DNA of 64,000 bases from Candidatus Schekmanbacteria bacterium (lineage in GTDB: Bacteria; CSSED10-310; JACPHN01). Shown in pieces: positions 18,173-25,933 of the stretch (its first letter is position 1; each line of letters begins with the position of its first letter). Where the stretch lies: assembly GCA_016188575.1 (NCBI GenBank), contig JACPHN010000268.1, forward strand, positions 916-64,915, written 5' to 3'. Both the position numbers and the translations under genes were made by a program. Under the pieces are notes generated by a model. The model ran no database searches. It was not told the DNA's origin and was given only the letters and a program-made list of their open reading frames with translations.

Positions 18173-20267
18173 GAACAGATTCCTCCGATGTTGCCGAGAC
18201 CAGGTAGCGCTCGGAGTAATACCGGTACGCATAGGCATAGGGTGCCGCGACGAAGCTGACGTCGTTGAGCACCACACCGAGCAGCTTCGTGGTGTCGAAG
18301 CTCTCGAAGGCGCGCTGAACCAGCTCGCGCCGGGTTGTCCGGGCGCGCACCACGAACAGCGTGCCGTCCACCAGCCGTTCCAGCACGTGGCTGTCCACCA
18401 TCGGCAGGACGGGGGGGGAATCGATGACGATGCAGGCGAAGCGCCGGCGCAGGCGGCCGAGGAGGCGCTCCAGGGAAGTGCGCAGCAACGAGCCGCCGGG
18501 CACGGACTGGCGCGCGCCACCGGTCAGGACGTAGAGGTTTCCTTGGCGGTGGATGTACTCCCAGAGGTCGGCGTCGGCGTTGCTGAGTAGCTCGGAAAGA
18601 CCTTTTTCCAGCGGCAGATGGAGATACGCGTGGAGGTGGGGCTTGCGCACGTCGGCGTCGACGAGCAGCACGGGACCCTCGAGGCTTTGTGAAAGGGCCA
18701 CCCCGAGGTTGATCGCGGTCGTCGATTTTCCTTCAGCCCCGGCGGCGCTCGTCACCATCACGGTCGTGCTTGGGGCTGCGGCCAGGCGCCGGGAAACGGC
18801 GTGAGCGAGGATGCGGTATTGCTCGGACTCCACGGAAGCCGGATTGGTGATCGTGACGACGTTCGGTGCCACGCCCAGAGGGACGCCGTTGCGCCGCGGC
18901 GGCACGATCGTGGGGATGGCGAGCAGCACCGGAGCGTCGCTGGCGGCGCGAAAGTCTTCGAGGTCGCGAAACGTGGTGTCCAGATGCTCCCGCGCGAGAC
19001 CGGCGCCGAGGCCGCAGCACAGCCCGGCGACAAGGCCCATCGCCAGGATCCTCAGGCGGCGCGGGCTCACGGGCTGGATCGGGGTGACGGCGGCCTCCGC
19101 AATGGTGAGCACCGCGCCGGTCCCGACGCCGAAGCGCTCGCCGAGCCTGGCCATCTGCAGCTCCTCGACCAGGCGTTGCCGTTGGGCGACGGCGGCGTCG
19201 TACTCGCGCACGAGCTGCGCCTCGGCGGGGGACAGCGCCTCCGTAGCCGCGGTCCCCCGGTTGATCGCTGCCTGCAGCGAGGTGTCTCCGCGCTCGCTCT
19301 GATACGGGGCAAGCTGCTGATTGACCGTGGCGAGCTCCTCCTGGAGGCGCGCCTGGCGGGATCGCAAGCCACGCAGCGTCCGGCCGGTCTGCCGTTCATG
19401 GCCCGCGGTTTCCTTCTCGAGGGCGGCCATTTCTTGCTGCACGGCGACCACTTCCGGGTGCGCGATGGTGTAGCGGCTCAGCAGCTCCCGGAACTGGGTG
19501 CGCAGCGCGGCAAGGCGTCCCTCTGCGGACTGCATGGCGGTGCCCGTGTCCGCGGCACGCGCGACGCGACGTTCCTGCTCGAGCTCACTGTCGATGTCCC
19601 GCAACGCACTCTCGAGGTTCGCCCGGCGGGCGCGCAGCACCGCGAGCTCGGAGTTCGTCCGCGAGCTCAACGCCTGCAGCTTTTGCTCCTGGCTCTCCAG
19701 GTTCCGTTCCGCTGCGGCCAGCTCCGCCTCGAGTCCGGCGATCGTCCATTGCGCCTGCCGGCGGGCACCGCCGCCTTGACCGGTGACGAGAATTTGGCCG
19801 AGGTGGTTTGCTACCTGCGCGGCGCGCCGCGGGCTCGTATCCTTGAAGCCGATGGCGACCGTCTGGGTCCCCTGGACCTGCACGGTGATGCGGTTGCGCA
19901 TCTCGGTGAGCTGCTGCTCGCTGAAGCCGCCGAGCTCGGGCTCGTAAAGGCGATATTCGCGCATGATGTCCGCCAGGACGGAACGACGCAGGAGTCGCTC
20001 GCCAATCGCGCCCAGCGCCCGCTGTGCGTCATCCGGTGTGCGGAAGCGATCCAGCGCCTCCGGTCCACCCATGGTTTCGGCAACCACCAGGAGCTCCGCG
20101 CGGTACTGGTCGGGCAGCCGCATCTGCCATCCCGCGGCTGCTGCCTCGAGAAGCAGGATTCCGGCCAACACCCAGACGCGGCGGCGTTTCAGCGTCTCCA
20201 GCAGGTACCTCACGGAGAGCTCGGTGCCGGCGTCTTTCTTGGACAGGCACTGATGATGTTTACTCAT
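18159..20267 (-). CDS. Polysaccharide co-polymerase fused to a BY-kinase (Wzc-like; chain-length determinant plus tyrosine autokinase)
   Basis: 702-aa protein with an N-terminal TM helix, long coiled-coil periplasmic region, second TM helix (…LRILAMGLVAGLCCGLGAGLA…), then a P-loop ATPase (…VTSAAGAEGKSTTAINLGVAL…VLLVDADVRKP…) and a Tyr-containing C-terminal tail (…YAYAYRYYSERY…). Confidence 0.8.
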   Translation of the reverse strand: MSKHHQCLSKKDAGTELSVRYLLETLKRRRVWVLAGILLLEAAAAGWQMRLPDQYRAELLVVAETMGGPEALDRFRTPDDAQRALGAIGERLLRRSVLADIMREYRLYEPELGGFSEQQLTEMRNRITVQVQGTQTVAIGFKDTSPRRAAQVANHLGQILVTGQGGGARRQAQWTIAGLEAELAAAERNLESQEQKLQALSSRTNSELAVLRARRANLESALRDIDSELEQERRVARAADTGTAMQSAEGRLAALRTQFRELLSRYTIAHPEVVAVQQEMAALEKETAGHERQTGRTLRGLRSRQARLQEELATVNQQLAPYQSERGDTSLQAAINRGTAATEALSPAEAQLVREYDAAVAQRQRLVEELQMARLGERFGVGTGAVLTIAEAAVTPIQPVSPRRLRILAMGLVAGLCCGLGAGLAREHLDTTFRDLEDFRAASDAPVLLAIPTIVPPRRNGVPLGVAPNVVTITNPASVESEQYRILAHAVSRRLAAAPSTTVMVTSAAGAEGKSTTAINLGVALSQSLEGPVLLVDADVRKPHLHAYLHLPLEKGLSELLSNADADLWEYIHRQGNLYVLTGGARQSVPGGSLLRTSLERLLGRLRRRFACIVIDSPPVLPMVDSHVLERLVDGTLFVVRARTTRRELVQRAFESFDTTKLLGVVLNDVSFVAAPYAYAYRYYSERYLVSATSEESVHDKN

Positions 20268-21561
20268 AAGGCAACACCGTGCGAAGCCGGTCGACTTCCT
20301 CGTCCCAGGCGCGGGACGCGGTGTCCGAGGCTGTCAGGTTGAGGCGCAAGCCGAGCGCGAAGCGCCGTGCGGTCAGGGCCGCAAGCTCCGGGGTGGAAAG
20401 CTGCTGATCGAGGAGCTGCGCGTCCAGGAAGGCGTCGAGGTTGTTGCGCAGGCGCACGTTCAGGTGGGCTCGCGAGCTGAGGGTAGTAAGCTCGCCGCCG
20501 GTGCTGAGCGCGGCGCGCGCCCGCTGCAGCCGCGCCTGGTAGCGAAGGCGGCTGCCGAGACGGCCCGCGAAGGCCAGGCTATAGATGCGCGCCGTGGCAC
20601 TTCCGGAAACGGCGCCGCCATAGGGGTCTGGCGCTCCACCTTCGCCCGCGTCGGGGCCGCTGGACAGACCGGCGCCTTCGAGCGCCAACACTCTGCGGTC
20701 AGCGGCGCCGCTGAGCACGTGGCGGCCGCCGCGGAGCCGCACGGAGGCCTCGACGCCCATCACGATCTCGACCTCTGCCGTGCGCTCGTAGCGCGCCACG
20801 CCGCTGCGGATGCGAGCCGCCAGGGCGGGGCGCGGAGCGAGGGAGCAGGTGGCCTCGACCTGGTGCACCGGCTCCGAGGTCTCGGCGAGGCCGGCGCCGG
20901 CGCCCGCGGCGTCGGTCCGCGTCGCCGCGTACAGATAGGTATAGCCAAGGCCGACGCTCGTCGAGCTCGCGAGCTGCCACGTCAGGCTCAGGTTTCCCGT
21001 TCCCGCGCCCTGATCGATGGGCACGTCGGCGGATTCCAACAGGAGTCGGCCGTGGCTCACACTGGCCTCGAGGCTTGCCGCCAGATCCGTGCGGCGGGTC
21101 AGCTCGTGGCGAGCGCCCACGGCGAGCCGCCCCTGCCAGAATGGGCTGCTGGCTACCGCCAGTAGCGGTTGACCGAGCTCTCTGCCGGCGTCGCGGCTGG
21201 AGAAGACGGAGCCAAATACGGTAAAACCCGCGCGGCCCACGTCGGTCCCATAGCGCAGCCCCGCCTGTTGGCGCGCGGCGAGCACGCGCCCCGTCTCCCG
21301 CACCCACTCCACGTGCGGCTCATAGGCGGCGATCAGCTCGCTCACGGCGCGGCGGTACGACACCAGGACGCTTTGCCGCAATGTCAGGTAGGAGCGGGCT
21401 TCGCCCTCGGGCGTCCGCTCGGACGTGCGGGACTCGTGAGCGACGCTCACCGCCGCGGGCAGCAGCCAACGCGCCGCTGCCCCGGAACCAGTGGGGCTCG
21501 CCAGGGCGGCGAGCATTGCCAGCGTCGCCCCGAGGAACCTCAGCACCGTCGATGTCGTCAT
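20260..21561 (-). CDS. Predicted outer-membrane beta-barrel protein of EPS loci (uncharacterised, signal peptide)
   Basis: 433-aa protein with N-terminal signal peptide MTTSTVLRFLGATLAMLAALASP, then an alternating hydrophobic/polar, Gly/Ala/Ser/Thr/Arg-rich sequence with no TM helices. Sits between the Wza-like and Wzc-like genes. Confidence 0.5.
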   Translation of the reverse strand: MTTSTVLRFLGATLAMLAALASPTGSGAAARWLLPAAVSVAHESRTSERTPEGEARSYLTLRQSVLVSYRRAVSELIAAYEPHVEWVRETGRVLAARQQAGLRYGTDVGRAGFTVFGSVFSSRDAGRELGQPLLAVASSPFWQGRLAVGARHELTRRTDLAASLEASVSHGRLLLESADVPIDQGAGTGNLSLTWQLASSTSVGLGYTYLYAATRTDAAGAGAGLAETSEPVHQVEATCSLAPRPALAARIRSGVARYERTAEVEIVMGVEASVRLRGGRHVLSGAADRRVLALEGAGLSSGPDAGEGGAPDPYGGAVSGSATARIYSLAFAGRLGSRLRYQARLQRARAALSTGGELTTLSSRAHLNVRLRNNLDAFLDAQLLDQQLSTPELAALTARRFALGLRLNLTASDTASRAWDEEVDRLRTVLPYE

Positions 21562-21572
21562 ACCAGAGCTCC

Positions 21573-22175
21573 TCAGCGCACGTAAATGACGTCCGCCGGC
21601 TGGATGTCGAAGGGGTTTTCCGCACCATTGAGCATGGCCTTGATATTCACTGTGATCTTGCGCTCGGCGTCCGATCCCTGGCTGCGGATGACGATGACGC
21701 TCGCGCGGCGCGCGAACTCCGTGAATCCGCCGGCGAGAGCGATGGCGTCGAGCACCGAGAGGCGCTGCCGGACCACGTACCAGTCAGGACGCGTCACCTC
21801 GCCGAAAACGGCGATGCGGTGGCTGTTGATTTCCTTGACCACGACGGTGACGATCGGGTGCTCGATATACTTCTGCAGCCGCCTGGCGATCTCCTCCTGG
21901 AGGTCTTGCGGGATGCGTCCGCTGGCGCGGATCTCGCCTGCGAGGGGCACCGAGAGGTAGCCATCCGGGCGCACGATGACCGTTCGGGAAATGTCGGGCT
22001 CGCGCCAGACGAAGACCTCCACGACGTCCTCGGGTCCCAGGCGGTAGGTGTCTGTGGCGAGGAGCTCGTCTGCGGGCGCCGCATCGTCCGCTCCGGCGGC
22101 GGCGGCGAGGAGCGACGGAGCGGCGAGAGTCAGCGCGAAGAAGAGCGACAAGCAATGGCGTATAAGGAGATACAT
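21573..22175 (-). CDS. Periplasmic polysaccharide export protein (short Wza/Poly_export + SLBB type)
   Basis: 200-aa protein with a signal peptide (MYLLIRHCLSLFFALTLAAPSLLAAAAG) and a …YRLGPEDVVEVFVWREPDISRTVIVRPDGYLSVPLAGEIRASG… Poly_export motif. First gene downstream of the sigma-54 promoter. Confidence 0.75.
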   Translation of the reverse strand: MYLLIRHCLSLFFALTLAAPSLLAAAAGADDAAPADELLATDTYRLGPEDVVEVFVWREPDISRTVIVRPDGYLSVPLAGEIRASGRIPQDLQEEIARRLQKYIEHPIVTVVVKEINSHRIAVFGEVTRPDWYVVRQRLSVLDAIALAGGFTEFARRASVIVIRSQGSDAERKITVNIKAMLNGAENPFDIQPADVIYVR

Positions 22176-22233
22176 AAGAACCGTTTACTCTTTGTTAGAC
22201 CGATGTTGTTTTGCTGGCGTCCGCGGAAGAGCT

Positions 22234-22250
22234 TGCAAGGTCTATGCCAC
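22234..22250 (-). promoter_or_regulatory. Sigma-54 (RpoN) promoter for the EPS operon
   Basis: The minus strand reads G-TGGCAT-AGACC-TTGCA-A. This matches the TGGCAC-N5-TTGCA consensus with correct GG/GC spacing and a single mismatch at a weakly conserved position. Predicted TSS is ~48 nt upstream of the Wza-like ATG. Confidence 0.55.
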
Positions 22251-22297
22251 CGCGAGAGATGCGGCTTGGACGGCCATTTGCCGCGGTTCTGGGGCCG

Positions 22298-22334
22298 TGC
22301 AATGGACCCCCTTCCATGGAAGGGTCGTTCCGCA
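22298..22334. promoter_or_regulatory. Two adjacent inverted repeats ~60-110 bp upstream of the sigma-54 promoter; candidate enhancer (UAS) for the bEBP
   Basis: Perfect 16-bp palindrome CCCTTCCATGGAAGGG (22298-22313), followed by the imperfect GTTCCGCAAGTGGAATG (22318-22334). Both have the TTCC-N4-6-GGAA form. Confidence 0.35.
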
Positions 22335-22446
22335 AGTGGAATGTCGGTTCAACTCTCAGTACAGGTCTCTAGGGACTTGTCCCGGCACAGCATCGGCAGA
22401 CACCTGACAGGGCAGTTGCCAGGGGCACGATCTCCGTCTCCTTCTG

Positions 22447-22525
22447 CCCTCCGTTCCCCCCGCTGGCGAAGGGAGGTGAGGTGGGGGGAGGGCAGGGGTG
22501 GGGGGAGAGCTGGAGGGTGGGGGAG
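22447..22525. repeat. GC-rich imperfect-palindromic dispersed repeat, copy D, followed by a G-rich run
   Basis: ccctccgttccccccgctggcgaagggaggtgaggtgggggg then gagggcaggggtggggggagagctggagggtggggg. Intergenic between the Wza-like gene and the LuxR regulator. Confidence 0.6.
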
Positions 22526-22539
22526 AAACCGCAGCCCGC

Positions 22540-23247
22540 CTATTGTTCCCGCGCCGCTGCGGTCAGGCCGTGCTCAATGGCCTGAAGAACCGCCTGCGCG
22601 GTGCTCTGGACGCCCATCTTGGTGCGGATTCGCGTTTTGTGGGCGTCGACGGTGCTGGTGGTGATGCCCAGTCGGGTGCCGATTTCCCGACTCTTCATGC
22701 CCTGGATGAGCAAGGTCAGAACCTCGCGCTCGCGCTCGGAGAGCTCGGTGGGGGCCGGCACCTGCCGCTGCAGAACGCACTTCAGCATGGCGTCCGAGAT
22801 ACTTGGACTGAGGTGAACGAGTCCACTGGCGACCTCCGCGAGCGCCTGGGAAAGGTCACCGGCAGGGTCCGAGGTGAGCACGACACCTCTGGCGCCGGCG
22901 CGCAGCCCATCCACGAGCTTCTGCTGCAGGGCGGCTTCGGTGCTGACCAGGATGACCTGGGTGGCAGGAGAGTGGCGGCGGATCTGCCTGGCCGTGGCAA
23001 TGCTGTCGGCAGTCGCGTCGAGGTCGATGATGGCGACGTCCGGGTGCGCGGCCGCGGCAAGAGCGATGGCGTTCCGCGCGCCGTCGGCCTCCCCGATGAT
23101 CGTGGCGAAGCTGGTATCCAGTGCTGCGCAAATGGCGGTTCGCATGGCCGAGTGAGCGCTCACCACGGCGACGCGGAGCACGGCTCTACCGCCAGGTCGC
23201 GGCTTGACCGCGAGCACTGGACGGCCGAGCGGAGGCCGAAATCTCAT
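22540..23247 (-). CDS. LuxR/NarL-family response regulator with a degenerate (probably non-phosphorylatable) receiver domain
   Basis: 235-aa protein from MRFRPPLGRP…. C-terminal HTH_LuxR (…LSEREREVLTLLIQGMKSREIGTRLGITTSTVDAHKTRIRTKMGV…). The N-terminal REC-like domain has the acidic pair replaced (VAVVSAHS instead of DD) and the conserved Lys position reads VVLTSD. The upstream 121 codons of the ORF are low-complexity and rejected. Confidence 0.65.
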   Translation of the reverse strand: MRFRPPLGRPVLAVKPRPGGRAVLRVAVVSAHSAMRTAICAALDTSFATIIGEADGARNAIALAAAAHPDVAIIDLDATADSIATARQIRRHSPATQVILVSTEAALQQKLVDGLRAGARGVVLTSDPAGDLSQALAEVASGLVHLSPSISDAMLKCVLQRQVPAPTELSEREREVLTLLIQGMKSREIGTRLGITTSTVDAHKTRIRTKMGVQSTAQAVLQAIEHGLTAAAREQ

Positions 23248-23604
23248 CGTCGCGTCCTCTCGTGCGTGTTCCCGGTGCGGGCGAGACCAGAGTGGTTCTC
23301 CCGGGAGGGAGCTCTGCGGTTGCTTTATGCAATCGCCATACCATGCCGCCCTGGCGGCGAAACGCCCATCGTAAGTACCACCGGCGCGGCCGGCGGTGCC
23401 TCCGAATGGAAGTAGCGTTCCCCTTCGTGAACGCGGGTGGCGCCGTCGTGCTCCGACTCCTTCCTGCCCCGCTCGCGGCAGGGTTGGGGTGGGGGCTACG
23501 CAGTATTGCCGAGGGGCTCCTCGGGGTTTTTCCGCAGAACCCAGGGGTTTCACAGGAGCTCGTCTAGGGTTTCGGGCGGGCCGTCCGTAGGCGGCCCACC
23601 GGAT

Positions 23605-23632
23605 TGTCAACGATGGCCGCGCTACTTATCTT
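23605..23632 (+). promoter_or_regulatory. Candidate sigma-70-type promoter for the bEBP gene
   Basis: TTGTCA (23605-23610), 16-bp spacer, TATCTT (23627-23632). This is the only AT-rich patch in the divergent intergenic region. Gene ATG is at 23710, preceded by AGGAGAGGGG. Confidence 0.3.
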
Positions 23633-23709
23633 CATAGAAGTGCTTATGGAAGGAACCGCGGCACCTCATACCAGGCGCCCGCTCGGCGGGCAAGCAGGAG
23701 AGGGGAAAA

Positions 23710-24747
23710 ATGGCAAGTTTTAAGCCAGGCGGGAGTCCATACCCTGCGGATGGGCTCGTTACGGTAGATCACCAGATGCATCACATCGAGGCCATAGCCC
23801 GACAGGTCGCCGATGTCGATGTGCCCATATTGCTTCTCGGCGAATCAGGCGTCGGCAAAGGCGTCGTCGCCCGTTACATTCACCGTTTCTCGGCGCGCGC
23901 GCGCGCCCCGTTTGTCGACGTAAACTGCGCTGCTGTGCCTCGCGACCTCTTGGAGTCAGAGTTTTTCGGCCACGAACGCGGCGCGTTCACGGGAGCGGTA
24001 CAGCAGCAGATCGGGCAGTTCGAGCTCGCCGAAAACGGTACGATCTTTCTCGACGAGATCGGCGAGATGGACCCGGCGGTCCAGGCCAAGCTGCTGCACG
24101 TCTTGCAGGACGGCGAGCTCCGGCGCGTCGGCGGCGCCGGAACCACCAAGGTACAGTGCCGAGTCATCGCGGCAACCAACTGCGATTTGAAGGACGCAGT
24201 GCGAGAAGGGCGATTCCGCGCCGACTTGTACTATCGACTGGCGGTCATCAAGCTCGAAATACCGCCGCTGCGTGAACGCCCGGACGACGTTGTGCTGCTT
24301 TCGCGGTACTTCTTGGGCAAGTACGCAAGCGAGTACCGCCGCCCGGTACCCGAGCTGCCGAGATCCATGGAGGAAACCTTTCGGCACTATCGGTGGCCGG
24401 GCAACGTGCGCGAGCTAGAGAATGCCATCAAGCGGTACGTCCTGCTGCCGGATGCCGCGGAAATCTGCGCGGATCTGAGCGAATCGATGGATCCGCATAC
24501 GAACGGTACCACCGCCATGGTCGCGCGCGTCGCCGGAGCGGAAGGGCCGATGTCGCTGCTGGACATCGGCGCGCAGGCGGCGGATGAGGCGGAACGACAA
24601 GCCGTCGTGCGGATGCTGGAAGCTACCAACTGGAATCGGAAAGCGGCGGCAGAGCGCCTGAACGTCTGCTACAAGACACTGCTGAACAAACTGCGCAGGT
24701 GGGAGATCGACGACCGCGCGCCGGTGTGGACGCTCGCCGATCGGTAG
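23710..24747 (+). CDS. Sigma-54-dependent transcriptional activator (bEBP) consisting only of AAA+ central domain plus HTH, with no receiver or sensor domain
   Basis: 345-aa protein with …ILLLGESGVGKGVVARYIH… (Walker A), GAFTGA, …RELENAIKRYVL… and a C-terminal Fis-type HTH (…RKAAAERLNVCYKTLLNKLRRW…). ATG at 23710 with a strong SD. The AAA+ domain starts ~20 residues after Met1, so there is no room for a regulatory domain. Confidence 0.85.
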   Translation: MASFKPGGSPYPADGLVTVDHQMHHIEAIARQVADVDVPILLLGESGVGKGVVARYIHRFSARARAPFVDVNCAAVPRDLLESEFFGHERGAFTGAVQQQIGQFELAENGTIFLDEIGEMDPAVQAKLLHVLQDGELRRVGGAGTTKVQCRVIAATNCDLKDAVREGRFRADLYYRLAVIKLEIPPLRERPDDVVLLSRYFLGKYASEYRRPVPELPRSMEETFRHYRWPGNVRELENAIKRYVLLPDAAEICADLSESMDPHTNGTTAMVARVAGAEGPMSLLDIGAQAADEAERQAVVRMLEATNWNRKAAAERLNVCYKTLLNKLRRWEIDDRAPVWTLADR

Positions 24748-24824
24748 GCATCTGCCGCCACGGGGCGCCAGATGCCTTGCATTGACGGTGCGATGAAGCT
24801 TGCTCTCGCCTCCTACGGCAAGCT

Positions 24825-25838
24825 TCAGCGTTCCTTCACCGCCAAAACCATGCGATAACGAGCGCGATTGGCGCGCACCTTGTCCAGCGCGTCGTTCACC
24901 TGTCGCAGCGGCAGGATCTCGATTTGCGGCACAACTTCGTTGCGGGCTGCGAAGGACAGCATTTCGCGAATGAGCGGTGGGCTGCCGATCGCGCTGCCGC
25001 GGATCGATCGCCTGCCAAGGATCAGCGCCGTGGCCGACACCTGAACCGGCCCTGGCGAGGCGCCGACGATGCACAGCGTCCCGTTTGGGCGGAGCAAATC
25101 CACGTAGTCCGGCCAGCTCAGGTCGGCGCTCGCTGTGGAAATCAGAAAGTCCACGGTTCCCGCCGCCTTCTTCAGCCCCCCATCGCCCTGAGTCGTGACG
25201 AAATCATGAGCACCGAACCGTGCCGCCTCCGCCGCCTTTTCCGGAGAGCTCGAAAACGCCGTCACGCGACAGCCGAACGCTCTCGCGAACCGAATCGCCA
25301 GGTGCCCGAGACCGCCGATACCAATCACGCCGACGCTGTGCGCCGGCCGCACCCCGAACTGGACCAGTGGCGCGTAGACAGTGACGCCACCGCACAGCAG
25401 CGGCGCGGCCATGGCCGGCGCGAGCGCCCCCGGAATGGGGACGGCAAACGCCGCATCGCAGCGCACCCGCGTCGCGTAACCGCCGTGATGCCCCACGCAG
25501 GTCGCGCGACTGGCAGGGCACAGGTTCTGGTCCCCCGTCAGGCACCACTCGCAGGAGCCGCAGCAGCCGCGCTGCCAGCCGATTCCCACGCGGGCACCGA
25601 GCTCCGGCGTCACCACGCGGTCGCCCAGCGCCACCACGGTGCCGACAATTTCGTGCCCGGCAACCAGCGGATAGGAGCTGATCCCCCAATCGTTGTCAAT
25701 GAGGTGGATGTCGGAGTGACAGACGCCGCAGTATTCGACCTCGACCTCGACCTCGCCCGCGGCGAGCGGGCCGGCCTCGAAGGTGAACGTGGCAAGTGCC
25801 TCGGCAGCGGCGTACGCGGCAAAAGCATTGATCTTCAT
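24825..25838 (-). CDS. Zn-dependent NAD(P)-alcohol dehydrogenase (cinnamyl-alcohol-DH / YahK-like MDR)
   Basis: 337-aa protein MKINAFAAYAA… with …GVCHSDIHLIDNDWG… (catalytic Zn), the structural-Zn Cys cluster …CGSCEWCLTGDQNLC… and …GVIGIGGLGH… (NADP Rossmann). ATG at 25838 with GGAGGA upstream. Confidence 0.85.
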   Translation of the reverse strand: MKINAFAAYAAAEALATFTFEAGPLAAGEVEVEVEYCGVCHSDIHLIDNDWGISSYPLVAGHEIVGTVVALGDRVVTPELGARVGIGWQRGCCGSCEWCLTGDQNLCPASRATCVGHHGGYATRVRCDAAFAVPIPGALAPAMAAPLLCGGVTVYAPLVQFGVRPAHSVGVIGIGGLGHLAIRFARAFGCRVTAFSSSPEKAAEAARFGAHDFVTTQGDGGLKKAAGTVDFLISTASADLSWPDYVDLLRPNGTLCIVGASPGPVQVSATALILGRRSIRGSAIGSPPLIREMLSFAARNEVVPQIEILPLRQVNDALDKVRANRARYRMVLAVKER

Positions 25839-25933
25839 ACGGTCCTCCTGTGCACGTAGCGTTGGCAACAGAGCGCTAGAATGATTATAATGACGCCATC
25901 CCGATTGCCAATCCTCGCGGACCGGAGGCCAAG

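Noticed and set aside
23262-23567. 101-aa ORF in the divergent regulator intergenic region
   Set aside because: Low-complexity product, no SD, and it overlaps the region expected to hold promoters and operators for the LuxR and bEBP genes.
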